From Podarcis muralis (taxonomy: Eukaryota), in the NCBI RefSeq assembly GCF_964188315.1, contig NC_135661.1, forward strand, positions 62,558,001 through 62,622,000: DNA of 64,000 nt, given 5' to 3'. The notes below the pieces were generated by a model. It saw only the letters and a list, made by a program, of their open reading frames with translations. It was not told the origin of the DNA and made no database searches. Shown piece after piece: positions 35,101 through 47,240 of this stretch. Numbering within the stretch: the first letter of the stretch is position 1; each line of letters opens with the position of its first letter. The translations under genes and the position numbers were made by a program.

Positions 35101-38100
35101 CCAACTAATTCAGGTTTTGTCCACATCATCCACCTTGCTGAATTTCACAAAGGCAGCACTGAGGAGGAAGAAGCCAGCCAGTGTCACCTCTTGTACTGGT
35201 TGCGAGTAAGGGGGTGTTGAGGTGGGGGGCTGGCTGGAGGCAGACTGAGCTTGGTGGGGCAGTCCCCATTTTTCCTAATGGACCAACCTCCATGGCCCAT
35301 TTAATTGTCTGTAACAACTGCTTGCCTGTAGAATCCACGTTGGCAAGAAATACAAGGGCTCCTGAAAAAATAATCACATGCGATCTGAAGTGGAGAAAAA
35401 GGGGGGTTCAGAGTTCTCTGCTCTGCCTTCCCTAAATAGCAGCCCAGCTTACCTGCATCTCTACATCAGTGAGCTTGCGAGTCTGCTCAGCCGTTTGGTT
35501 CAGAAGGCTGGTGCCAATTTCCAACATGGCCGCTGTGTGGTTCTGCACAGCACTGATGTGGTTGTCAGATGTTTCCATTCTCACACTATCCTGGATATAG
35601 TTCTCCAGCTGTTTACGGGGGGGGGGGGAGATCATAAAAGTTTGTACTTAGGAGGAGGACTTAATACTCCATCACACATGCACCATGACTTCCGAAAAAT
35701 GGAAGCAGACCAACCTCTAGGTTGCTTTCTTCTTTCCTAAAACCAATGGTAGATCTATGCCAACCTTAGTTTATAGCTGAAAACGTGGGGCTTAATTTTC
35801 TAAGCTTATATTTGTCCTTGATTTTCACCCCTGTTCTTTCATTTACCTGAAGCTTCGTCTAGCAACTTGTCCAGCAATTACTTAGGGCAGGCAAGTGTCC
35901 TGTGGAAAGCCTGACTGCTGTTCACTCCAATTCAGCGGTAAAATGTGGGTTTTCACTGAGACAAAAAAGCAACCGCTTGGACCTGGACCTGGACAGCCCG
36001 GACCTGTGCTTATAAATGTGGCGCTAAAGGAAGTGTGTAGTCAAACTCCCCCTTCTTATTTGCCCCACATTCCTGGGACCAACTCAGACGTACTGCTATT
36101 TGCATAAGAAAAGTGTGCAGAATTAATGTCACATCTTCACTCTTCAAATCATTGTGTAAAATATCAACCAATATTTACAAGTACATTTTGGCACCTGGAA
36201 ACTATGTTCCTGATAATCGGCAACGTGACCACCCTATAAACCTCTCTGCCAAAACAAAAGCAGCACATGTGTGTGATTGCACAGCAGTTTCAGATCATCA
36301 GCATGAAAACAGTTTCCCATGGCTTGTTTTCAACAATGGTTGTCTGATTTTTTTTAAACTAAAAGATGTTTCCTTGCAAACAATGAGATATATATTTGGC
36401 TTTCAGTTCTCAGAAGCTCTTTGCATAATATTTTTTTCTTTCCTCTCTGTTTATGCAGATGATTTGGCCAACACATGTACAAACATGATCATCCCACCAG
36501 ATTCGCCCCCCACCCTGGACTTCCTATTATTGCAAACTTCTTCTTCTTCCCTTTCTTCATACAACCTATTCCATTGCCTCTCAGTTGTCTGCCCCTGCAA
36601 TTAAAAAACCCCAAATACATTAGCCTTCTCTCATACAAAATATATTCTTAATTCCCTGATCTTTTAGCTTATATTTTCTACTTCCTTGCCTCCTTTTGAG
36701 ATCAGGCAACTAGAATTGTATGCCGTATATTCTAAAAGGGTGAGATATGAGCATCATTTTACACCTACACTGAACATTAATTTGCCATTTTGTTGCTCAT
36801 TAGGGCTCATCCACACTTTAGTTTGTCACGTGATTTCTAGGCACAAGACCAGAAATCTTAGTGAGTTTTTTTGCCCCACTGCTTTCCCCAGGAAAACCTG
36901 CTGTCTACTGCTGAATTGTAACATGTCAATGGGTTTTCTGTGGAATGGTATTTGTTCTGGTCCAGCAGTAAACAGGGGGTTTTCCCAGGGAAAACAGAGG
37001 GACAAAACTAAAACCTCTTGGACCCATGACCAGAAATCACGGGACAAACAGAATAACTTACAGGATGAACAGATGTGTGGATAAACCCTTAGTTTGGAGA
37101 GCCTTTTGGAGCTCTTTGCAGATCAATGGACTGCAGCCTTCCTATTTTGGCTCATCTGCACTTTTTCCTATTAGCTTCCAGACCCAGTTCAGTGCTGGTG
37201 GAATGAAAGTCAGGATCCTTCCATAGGTACAGTTTTAGATTGGCTGAGGAATTGCTGATCCAGATCCCACCTCTTAACAGAAGAGAAGCTGTGGCCCAAC
37301 AGATGCTGTTAGACTACAGCTCCTATCATCCCTGACTGTTCTGGCTGAGGCTGATGGGAGCTGGAGTCGAGGCACTGCTATGTTAGGTGTAAAGCAATAT
37401 TGCCAGAACTGAGAAGAGGTGAGCAGTATACAGAAAGGCAACCTATCATTCAAACCTGTCAAAATGAATGCTAAAATGACAACATGCTCCTTTTTTAAGG
37501 TAGCAAAATTAATCTCCAGTGAAAGCAGTTCCTCCTACACAACTTAGAAACATACATGGCCAAGGTACGTGATTCGCTCCAGAATATCTCCCCCAAATAC
37601 ATTTGTTTTATCTCTAGCCTCCTACTGATTCTAGAAGATTTCCTGATGAAGAGGAAGACTTTTCCAATAAACCCCAGAGAACGGGAACCTTCAGATGTTT
37701 TTAAGACCATTGTCTAATAAGGCCCCCAAAGCTCTTTCATTTCTATAGTTAAAGGCTGCATCCCTGGTTACTGCAGTGCTGGCTAATGGGCAGGAATTAT
37801 AGGGCGGACAGATTGTTCTGAGTGTCACAAAATAAAACAGGGCAGGAAGCAGAGTCCTTTGGAAACAAGACTGCCCGACCAAAAACTTGTAATTAGAGAG
37901 CAGGCTTGGCGCCAGAGGTTGTGGAGGGGGCGCAGTTAGGAAGCTGTCTGGACCCAGATTTGCTAATGGTCCCACAGACTATCTTAACTTTCGCTTGTCA
38001 ATGGGGTATCGCCAGAGCAAAATCCAGGGCTGGCTAAAGACATTTTGGCACCCGAGGCAAACCACAAAATGCTCCCCCCACCAGGGAATATGGAGTGAAT

Positions 38101-40821
38101 GAACATGGCGGGGGGGGGGGGGGATAAAGATATATTTTGGGAACAAGGGGGGAATCAAATCAACCTCACGCTAAGTGCATGCAATCCCTAGGATACCCCA
38201 AGAGGCTGCTGGAGAGGTGGCATTGGGGTGCGGGCTGCTGATGACACAGCAGATCCAGCCTCCAAGGAGTACACTGTAGCTGTTGGTTCTACCATTGCAG
38301 CAGCAGGCAATGAGTTCCTTGGAGGCTGGATCTGTTGCCCCTGTGAATCCTGCTGCCCAAAGCAGTCGCCTCACCTTGCCTCATGAGTGGGCCAGCCCTG
38401 ACAGAATCATACAACAATTGTTTCACCCTTCCCTGCCCCCTTCCTAAAGAAATATGATGGTTGTAGACCTCAGGGTCAACCCAATGCATGCAATCGGGTC
38501 TCCGTAGCTGATAGATACCTCCGTGTGGAATGCTCATGTGTAACCACTCTTCCATCCTAAGCCTGTGTCTCATCCTGAAGAAAGCATCTTCCGCCTGCTG
38601 CCCTCAAACAGCTGAAGCAAAGGGGAATAGTATTCTGGCAGGGAGAGCAACTGCCACATGGGTATCTAAGGATATTAATGCCACCGGACGGTCACTTTCT
38701 AGTTACCGGGCCTGTACTGAGAACTTTCAAGAGAGTGTATTTCAAATGATATAATTACAGAGTCATGAAAATGTCCACATGCATATCAAAATGCTAGGCT
38801 GGAAAAAGAGCAATATATGCAATGCATTCCTAAAGTACATTGCCCCCTCTCCCCGCCTTTTTGCATCTGTCATTCTTCTTCCCCACCACTGTTCTGCATG
38901 TGCATAGCTGAAAAGCCAGTTGCACTGTTATTTTAAGAACAAGAGCAGCAATAAAGCAATTTGAAAATGACAGAGGCACATGCACATTCACTGTGGGGAA
39001 ACTGCCTGCTCTTGATTAATCGTTAAAATGTTGGATGAGGTTACAAGCAGAGGAGTCACTGTGGTCATCTTACTGCGTATTCCTGAGTCACATCCGCCAC
39101 TGTTTTAGATTAGGGTTGCCAACTGACTGGGTGCGGGGGAATACCTAGTATGCTCCGGTACCTTGATCAGCAGGTTGCTTTGTAGGTGAAGCATTCACAT
39201 TTATACATTTGATTTAGACTTAATTGTGCTAATAATCCATGCTGTTTAACCCTAACATGGAAAATCACAGAGCAATATACATATTACCTTAGTGTTGCTA
39301 CTAAATGAAAACTAGCCCCACAGTGTGACAGGAGAAAGGCATGAGAATGTGGGTGGCCAGAAAGATAGCAATAGATAGATAGATGATAGATATTCTGCCT
39401 TTCTCTTGCCACATTGCAGCACTTGTGGAAAGTGACAAAAAGCATCTGATCAGAAGAATGTGTTCTGGCCCAGACATGCACGTTGTGCTTCTTTGGTCAG
39501 CCTAAGCTAGAATCCAACAGGGCATCAACAGCTTTGCTGTGACCCACCTGGTGTGGCTTTGTGACCTGCCTGTGGATCCTGATCCATGGTTGAAGAGTAA
39601 AGTGTGCATAAAAATGCGTTATATTAGGGGAAGCTGCTTCATAAAAAATGTATTTATTTGGCAAAATTGGACACAAAGATGTGCATATTAGGAGAAATAC
39701 TAAAATGCTGGTGAATATTCATGCAGCCTTTTTTTAAAAAAAAATCATAAACTGTAGAGAACTGAACTTAAGAGCGAAAAAATGATAAACCTAGGGAAAC
39801 TGAAATTGACGGATTCACCCATTCCCAGTTCAAGGCAAAAGCAAGATTCAAAGAGATTTTCCAATTCACAACTCAGTCTTTTAGTCACATTGTGACACTC
39901 TAGGTGCATGTTCACACCACACTCAGCTATGCCCAGTCTCTTATGCAGCATTGTACAGGAGATCTCACCACCTGACTGTGTTCTTTGTGGATCTTCAGAT
40001 GACTTATACAGATCTCCCCGGATTCTGTTGCACAAGGGGGCTGGAGGTATGATGCTGCAACCTTCCTGAAGCAAAGTAGATCTGGGTCCAGTCAGTGCCT
40101 GGATGGGAGGCTATCCAGAAACCCCATAATGAGTTATTAACAGTTAATGGCCTTTTAGGCTTCCTCCACGTGAACAGGAGTTCACTTTTTGAATAATAAG
40201 AATTATATGTCATGGGGTCTGTGGAGGGAATCAGGATTTTAGACATACTTAGGTGAGTAATGGCCAAAAAAAGGTTGGGAACCACTTATCTAAGGCCATA
40301 TATACACCATATATTTAAAGCACACACAAAGGATCCTGGAAAATGTAGTATACCCCCTTACAGGGCTATAATTCCCAGCACCCTCAACAAACTACAGTTC
40401 TCAGGATTCTTAGGGTGGTGGGATGTGCTTTGAATGTATGGTGTATGCACAGCCTAGGAGGACATGACAGTCCCTTGCAGATCCAAGCCCCTGGTCTTAC
40501 CTTCTGTAGCCACTGGGTGTTATTTTCCATGATGTTTTCCAGCTGCTGAAGCCTCTTTACTGGCCACTTGGCCTCGGCTAGGGAGGGAGCATCCCTCTGG
40601 AGTGAGTTGGAAACCTGGTATTCGGCAGCAGGCGAGTCACAGCCCCCAAGCTCTGGCAGCAGGAAAGTGTAGGTGCAGGAGCCATGCTGCAGCTGGTGCT
40701 GGAGGTGCCTTGCAGGAGCATCCTTCCCCTTCACATGGGGGCCAAGTCCTAGAACCACTGGATTCACCCCTGCCCAAACAGGGAAGAAGAAGAGGTATGC
40801 CAGTGCTCTCCAGCTCCTCAT
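28953..40821 (-). CDS. ANGPT4: Angiopoietin, probably angiopoietin-4; complete, 9 coding exons, 508 aa
   Basis: Exons 40821-40501, 35608-35453, 35000-34879, 34290-34058, 33593-33469, 32893-32792, 30722-30556, 29447-29317, 29122-28953 total 1527 nt, in phase. Signal peptide, superclustering region ([12 protein letters not shown]), coiled coil, fibrinogen domain ([13 protein letters not shown]). The family is certain; the paralog is assigned by resemblance only. Confidence 0.88.
29317..29447 (-). CDS. ANGPT4: Angiopoietin exon 8
   Basis: [16 protein letters not shown]...[21 protein letters not shown], 131 nt. Confidence 0.92.
30246..30447 (-). mobile_element. hAT-type MITE, second copy, with more 22-bp repeats
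   Basis: Reverse copy of 17679-17847; perfect 8-bp TSD GGTACTAG (30238-30245, 30448-30455). Confidence 0.88.
30556..30722 (-). CDS. ANGPT4: Angiopoietin exon 7
   Basis: [17 protein letters not shown]...EEHNY, 167 nt. Confidence 0.92.
32792..32893 (-). CDS. ANGPT4: Angiopoietin exon 6
   Basis: [34 protein letters not shown], 102 nt, read directly. Confidence 0.92.
33469..33593 (-). CDS. ANGPT4: Angiopoietin exon 5
   Basis: [31 protein letters not shown]...TAK, 125 nt. Confidence 0.88.
34058..34290 (-). CDS. ANGPT4: Angiopoietin exon 4
   Basis: [12 protein letters not shown]...LQRQQASL...SQCN, 233 nt. Confidence 0.92.
34879..35000 (-). CDS. ANGPT4: Angiopoietin exon 3
   Basis: [27 protein letters not shown]..., 122 nt. 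Confidence 0.92.
35453..35608 (-). CDS. ANGPT4: Angiopoietin exon 2
   Basis: LENYIQ...[28 protein letters not shown], 156 nt. Confidence 0.92.
40501..40821 (-). CDS. ANGPT4: Angiopoietin exon 1
   Basis: [12 protein letters not shown]...[11 protein letters not shown]...ENNTQWLQK, donor GTAAGA. Confidence 0.9.
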
Positions 40822-41606
40822 ATTCCAGTCTTGCCTCAGAAAGCTTCCCTGTGTATCTGAGCTCCTTCAGTCCCACGCTGTGACCTATTGCACCTTCCTC
40901 TGAAGAAGTGTGATAGGAGACAGCCTTCAAGCACTCCGTGTCTGCATGCAGGGAAGCCCCGTCAATTGCTTCTCCAATCCCTGGCTCACGTCCTCCTGAC
41001 CACTGCAGGCAGTTTTATTATTATGATTTTTTAAACCCTCCCACCATCTCCCTCCTCTCTTGCCCCCCTACAGGTTTTTGGAACACAGCCTGGCTTCATT
41101 TAAAGATGCTTTGTCTCTCTGCTCACTGAGTCAAGCTCCACTTCTGATGAGATAATTACACCGCAAGAATGTACACTCCAAAGTCAATTGCGCTTGGATC
41201 GCTCTGCTTTTCTCCAGCACACTCCTGTCCACAACCACCCCCTCTGCCAGCCAGCTGGATAAGAGAAAGAAACAAGAGTTTCTGTTTCCAAAATTGGCAC
41301 CTGGGATAGGACTGCACAAGAAATCCTGCTTCAGTGATAAAGCAGGAGCTCAGGAAGAAATTTTCCCCAAAGCAGGGACAATTGGCATGGTAGAACTTAG
41401 CATTAATGTTTAGCCTTCATAATAAATGCAGGAACCATGACAAAAGCATTAACCCTAAACATCAGGGAAGCAGATTGAAGCAAAACATTAGGGGAATGTT
41501 CTTGATAGCAAGGGGCTGTTAACAAATGGCTAAAGGGGGTTCTCCTTCCCTGAGGTATTTAAGCAGAGGCTGGATGGCTATCTCCCAGGGATGCTGTACA
41601 GTCATA

Positions 41607-41965
41607 GGTAAAGGTAAAGGGACCCCTGACCATTAGGTCCAGTCGTGGCCGACTCTGGGGTTGTGGCGCTCATCTCGCTTTATTGGCTGAGGGAGCCGGC
41701 GTACAGCTTCCGGGTCACGTGGCCAGCATGACTAAGCCGCTTCTGGTGAACCAGAGCAGCGCACAGAAACGCCGTTTACCTTCCCACCGGAGCGATACCT
41801 ATTTATCTACTTGCACTTTGACGTGCTTTCGAACTGCTAGGTTGGCAGGAGCAGGGACCGAGCAACGGGAGCTCACTCCGTCGTGGGGATTCGAACCGCC
41901 AACCTTCTGATCGGCAAGTCCTAGGCTCTGTGGTTTAACCCACAGCGCCACCCATGTCCCCTACA
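41607..41965 (-). mobile_element. Sauria SINE, full length, inserted at the end of a MITE
   Basis: 14-bp TSD GCTGTACAGTCATA (41593-41606, 41966-41979). Confidence 0.92.
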
Positions 41966-41971
41966 GCTGTA

Positions 41972-42217
41972 CAGTCATACCTTGGGTTAAATGTGCTTCA
42001 GGTTGAGCGTTTTCAAGTTATGCTCCGTGTCAACCTGGAAGTAATGGAGCACGTTACTTCTGGGAATCACCGCTCGCGCATGCACAGACGCTCAAAATGA
42101 CATCACGCACTTGCGCGGAAGCGGCAAAACGCGACCCGCGCAGTCATGTCTTACATTCTACTCAGGATGCAAACGGGGCTCTGGAACGGATCTCGTTCGC
42201 ATCCAGAGGTACCACTG
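41972..42217. mobile_element. Tigger-like MITE (second subfamily)
   Basis: CAGTCATACCTTGGGTT...GAGGTACCACTG with TA flanks; related to 46136-46379. Confidence 0.75.
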
Positions 42218-42539
42218 TACTTACATCACACATTGAGCAAAGATAGCCTGTTTCAGGCCAGGTCCCAGCTAGAGGGGGTCCATAATAAACCCAAGTTTAA
42301 ACCCCATTTAAGGCTAGCTCACCTAACATACATATATTCCCTTAATCCTTAAAATAGCCCTGGCAGGTCACCTGAGACCTCACAGTTGATTTTACCCAGC
42401 AGCTGCATGGTCCACAACTCACATTCAACAGCCACTGCAAAACACACCCGTCACATCTGCTTTGTCTAGACGTAGGACTTCCCTTTAACATCCCAACCCT
42501 TTTTTCTTACTCGAAACCTGTTCTCCAAATCTGCCCTTT

Positions 42540-42900
42540 CTTTTTTTCTTTTTTTAAATGTATTTTTTATTAAAGATTTTATTGGTTTACAAAAGTATGT
42601 GCAATGTCTCTCTCTTTTTTTCAAGTAACATTTTTTACAAATCAGTTTCATTTGTGGAGACATTCTGAGTAGAACCCCAAACATTTTTTAAAACTGTGTT
42701 TCAGGAAGATCTACTGCTCTAGCCTACAAGGGTAATTAGGAGCGTATTTGTTCCAATAAATGTTTATGGCTCCATTCCATGGAATCCCACACAGATTGTG
42801 ATTTACGGTATCTCCCTTTTCTCTTATTCTTTTCTAAACACAACAACTTCTCTATATCCCTGCACATTCCCAGTTGCATAAATGCTGGTTGGTCCCTTCT
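42540..42900 (-). mobile_element. L1-like 3' end fragment
   Basis: A T-rich plus strand gives a minus-strand AATAAA-like signal and A-tail, preceded by L1-type 3' UTR. Boundaries approximate. Confidence 0.45.
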
Positions 42901-43278
42901 ACATGTCACTAAAGAAACTTTGAATGAACAGTTTGAGCGTCACTTGTCTGCATAGGTCTGGTCTGAGGAATCCCAGCCTCCTGCATCCAAAATAAGATGG
43001 GGAAAAGCTAGACCAAATGGAAGAGGTTCCTTTGTTTGTGTCAGTGCACACGAAACCTTTAAAACATGCCAATTTCCGAGCAAGAGGATGCACATTTCAG
43101 ACTGTAGTTGGTTTCTCTGTGGGTGGGGCTTAAGGACTGAAAGGGTCTTGGGTGAAGGGACCTATGATGGGTCCCCTCCTGTCAGTGGGTCCTGGTAGAC
43201 TTACTTGCCATGGGATTCCTGGTTAGAGCTCCAGAAGTACCTAACAGACTTATTTATTGCCCTCCCCCATAAAATAAA

Positions 43279-43281
<3 letters not shown>

Positions 43282-43314
<33 letters not shown>
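43282..43314. repeat. (AAT)n microsatellite
   Basis: Directly visible. Confidence 0.9.
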
Positions 43315-43384
43315 TGTCAGCACTTAATGTGAGGGAAGACCTGGTGAAGGGTGATCTATTGGGTAGTGCCCATGATAGTAATTA

Positions 43385-43626
43385 CAGTGGTACCTCTGGT
43401 TAAGTACTTAATTCTTTCTGGAGGTCCGTTCTTAACCTGAAACTGTTCTTAACCTGAAGCACCACTTTAGCTAATGGGGCCTCCTGCTGCTGCCGCACCG
43501 CAGGAGCACGATTTCTGTTCTTATCCTGAAGCAAAGTTCTTAACCTGAAGCACTATTTCTGGGTTAGCGGAGTCTGTAACCTGAAGCGTATTTAACCTGA
43601 AGCATATGTAACCTGAGGTACCACTG
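43385..43626. mobile_element. Tigger-like MITE
   Basis: CAGTGGTACCTC...GAGGTACCACTG, TA TSD. Confidence 0.88.
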
Positions 43627-43761
43627 TACATCTATGTCCTTAGCCTCCACAAAACACAGTGGATACCAGTGTTTGCTGGGGTGGGGGGCTGTGTGTGCAA
43701 CCACTCTGTGTTGGGACTGGACAACAAGGCAAACCACAGTTATTTTTCCCCTTTCCGAATC

Positions 43762-44018
43762 AAGAAGAAGAAGAAGAAGAGTTTGGATTTGATATCCCGC
43801 CTTTCACTCCCTTTAAGGAGTCTCAAAGCGGCTAACATTCTCCTTTCCCTTCCTCCCCCACAACAAACACTCTGTGAGTTGAGTGGGGCTGAGAGACTTC
43901 AAAGAAGTGTGACTGGCCCAAGGTCACCCAGCAGCTGCATGTGGAGGAGCGGAGACGCGAACCCGGTTCCCCAGATTATGAGACTACCGCTCTTAACCAC
44001 TACACCACACTGGCTCTC
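43762..44018 (-). mobile_element. Squam3-like SINE, full length
   Basis: Head gagagccagtgtggtgtagtggttaagagc and (CTT)n tail on the minus strand. Confidence 0.85.
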
Positions 44019-45405
44019 AAACCACAATGTCAACAATGTGCCCACACAAAGCCTCATGCGGCTGTTGTTCTGTACTCCTCACTTTTCTCTGTGCTGCCTC
44101 TCTGTGTTCTTCTATGCCTATGTTCCTTTACTCTGGTTCAGGAGTTTTTAACCCTAGGGCATCCATGATGAGGCACCCATAAACTGGGTGCAACCCATGT
44201 AATAAAATAAAATGTATGCAATATTTCGTATCTGCATTTTTCTAAGGAGGGGGTCCATAGCTTTAATCAGATTCTTGGAAGGGCTCGTGAACCCCTCCCA
44301 AAGGTGAAAAACCAGTGCTCTAGGTCAATAGGCTTTGATGCACTAAAGAGTTCTGGTGATTTTTTTTTTAATTTTCATTTGTTAAAGCAGAGCAGCAGAG
44401 GAGTTTGTGGCTTTTTTTAAGTTAAAAGTTTAATTTAACTTAAAAAATAATAATCTGCAGCTCTGCATGGGAGGAAAAAAAATACTCCAGAACACCTAAT
44501 CACTGTTAGCGGACAATCACACCCCAGGCAGTACTAAGTATATTTTCACCTGTAATGCCTACTGAAGGGCATCCTCTCCCAACACTAAAAAAAAGTACGT
44601 GGAAAGTCAAGACAGCCAGCAGGAAGCTGCAAATATATATATATATTTAAATATACAAGCTACTCAGCCACCCTTCATTATTTTAGGAAAAGAAAGTGCA
44701 ACAAACAAACCCTGCTCCCCTCAAAAATGTGAAACTAACATCAATTTTGGTGTTTTACTTGGCCTAATAAAAGCATTGACCTAATATGGACCATGGAGTA
44801 AAGTAAATCACTTTAATTCCCCTCACAAAAGTCTCTGAGCTTATTTGTCTGCAATTTGGCAGCCTTAATCCACTCTGGAGGAGTTATTGTGTTGGCAAAT
44901 TTCATCTGTTTCTGCCAAATGGGGAAAAACGTTATAAGAGTTTTTAGAACCGCATAAAGAGTGAAGAGGGAACACGGGGTTTCATTTTGACACAATAGCT
45001 CAGAACCCAAACTACAGAGCAAAGAGTAAACATATAGAATTTTTTTAAAAGGTGAAGCCTGGGGCCTGTGCACACCCCTAGTGTTTTTTGGGATGAGAAT
45101 TGCTAACATGGTGCAGTTTCACATAGAATTGCTGACAGGAGAAATGTGGAGTCGGGTGGGGGGAAAATAAGTCATTAACTGTGGCTGTAGGAGCCTCTTA
45201 GAGGAGTTCAGTGTTTTATCTAGTCATCTTCCATCTAATAACAAAGTCCCAGCACTTCCTGCTTCAGAGTTCCAGCTATGTTGGGGGCCTCCTGGCATAA
45301 GAAGAAGGAATTTGGCATGATGTGATTTCAAAGTGGGGGAAGGCGGATTTGATTCCCAGCTCTACGTTGTTGTGAGTTTGGGGGTGGGGGGTTAGGCAGC
45401 ATGCC

Positions 45406-45760
45406 TGTAAAGGTAAAGGGACCCCTGACCATTAGGTCCAGTCGTGACCGACTCTGGGGTTGCGGCACTCATCTCGCTTTATTGGCCAAGGGAGCTGGCA
45501 TACAGCTTCCAGGTCATGTGGCCAGCATGACTAAGCTGCTTCTGGCGAACCAGAGCAGCGCACAGAAATGCCGTTTACCCTCCCGCTGGAGCGGTATCTA
45601 TTTATCTACTTGCACTTTGACGTGCTTTCAAACTGCTAGGTTGGCAGGAGCAGGGACCGAGCAACGAGAGCTCACCCCGTCACGGGGATTCAAACTGCCA
45701 ACCTTCTGATGGGCAGGTCCTAGACTCTGTGGTTTAACCTACAGCGCCACCCGCGTCCCT
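45406..45760 (-). mobile_element. Sauria SINE, full length
   Basis: Same body as the other copies, with a short duplication at the head (45746-45780). Confidence 0.9.
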
Positions 45761-46135
45761 CCCGCCACCCGCATCCCTCCCGAATCCCTTCTAATTCCTG
45801 GATCCAAAAAGGATTCAATTGTTGGGATAGCCAGGCAATCTTCTTGGTAATGGCCCCTAGGTACAGGTGATTAAGGTAATGAAGGAAGTAGCTGTGTGCC
45901 AGAGGGAAAATGGGTGGGCTCCCCTCCCTCAAGTGGCTAGTAGTTAGAAGGACAAAAGCCAGAGTTGAGGGGTGTGAGAGGACTAGAAGTTAGAAGCAGG
46001 CTGCAGGCAGAAGGCTGAGAGGGAGAGACATGTCTGATTTCTATTCGAATCCAAGGCTGTGGCTATAAGAGAATCAGGACCCTCTTAGGGTGTTAATGCT
46101 GTGAGCCCCTCCAACGTAGGTTCAGGTTGCATATA

Positions 46136-46379
46136 CAGTCATACCTTGGGTTACAGATGCTTCAGGTTCAATTTTTTCGGGTTACGGACCGCCGAAACCC
46201 GGAAGTACCGGAACGGGTTACTTCTGGGTTTTGGTGGTCACGCATGCACAGAAGCGCTAAATCGTACTTTGCACATGCGCAGAAGCGCTGAATCGCAACC
46301 CGCGCATGTGCAGGTGCGCCGCTGTGGGTTGCGAACGTGCATCCTGCATGGATCACATTCACAACCCGAGCGTCCACTG
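46136..46379. mobile_element. Tigger-like MITE (second subfamily)
   Basis: TA-CAGTCATACCTTGGGTT...CCACTG-TA. Confidence 0.75.
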
Positions 46380-46759
46380 TATGCGTAAATAAACCATATA
46401 GCATAAAGACACCACAGTCTCTGGCATCCCTCATTCCACAGAAACTGAACCTTGGGTAAGTGCTTGGAACCCCTGGAATCTTGTACCACTCAGAGACTGG
46501 GGTGGCGTGCAACAATATTTTCTAACTTGGCTCTCTGCCCAGGTGAATTTGTTTCTTACAAAGTGCTGTACATATTCAATTTGCCTCTTTCTGTCTTTTT
46601 TCCCTCCCCGCCCCCCCCCCCCCACTTTGGACATCCTGTCTATATGTCACTTCATCTTGGGCCAAAGTCTGGGAAATGTTGTAGGCCCCCGAAAGTTTGG
46701 GATATTAAATGAAACTGAAGTCCATCTTTGAAAACAGACTTTAAAATGGCATTTTCTTC

Positions 46760-47240
46760 TGTTTAATATAAAGAACCTCAGAGATCCATCTAGTCCAGCC
46801 TCCCTGTTCACACAGTTGCCAACCAGATGCCTTTGGGAAAACCATAAGCTTGACACAAGTACAAAAGCACTGTCCCCTCTTGTGATTTTACAACAACTGG
46901 CAGTCTGAGGAATACTGCCTCCAACAGTGGAGGCACAACATAGCAATCATGGCCAGCAGCCATTGATAGTTTTATCCTCTGTGACTTTTTCTAATCTTTC
47001 AAAGCCATCCAAGGTGGTGGCTATCACTATGTATTGTGGGAGCAAATTCCATAGTTTAACTACATGCTGTGAGAAGTCCTGAAGATGCTGTTATCTGTCC
47101 TGAATCTTCCAACATTTAGCCTTATTAGTTATCTCAGAGTTCTAGTATTTATGAGAGAGAAATAAATTTCTGTATCTACTTTCTTCATACTATGCATAAT
47201 TTTATATACCTCTGTAATGTCCCCTCCTTTCTAGTTGCAG
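46760..47240 (-). mobile_element. CR1-like LINE 3' fragment
   Basis: ccatctagtccagc...gccaaccagatgcc...gccattgatag...agccatccaag pattern. Confidence 0.55.

Noticed and set aside
38178-39725. Six sense-strand TGCATG (RBFOX) motifs in angiopoietin intron 1
   Set aside because: Far from any alternative exon, and CATGCA/TGCATG is common throughout this window; no support for function.
40602-40930. Alternative overlapping ORFs across angiopoietin exon 1
   Set aside because: Shadow frames of the real exon.
5656-45760. All five Sauria SINEs and both Squam3-like SINEs are on the minus strand
   Set aside because: Small sample, and other retroelements (Bov-B, one Squam2-like copy) are on the plus strand; not distinguishable from chance.
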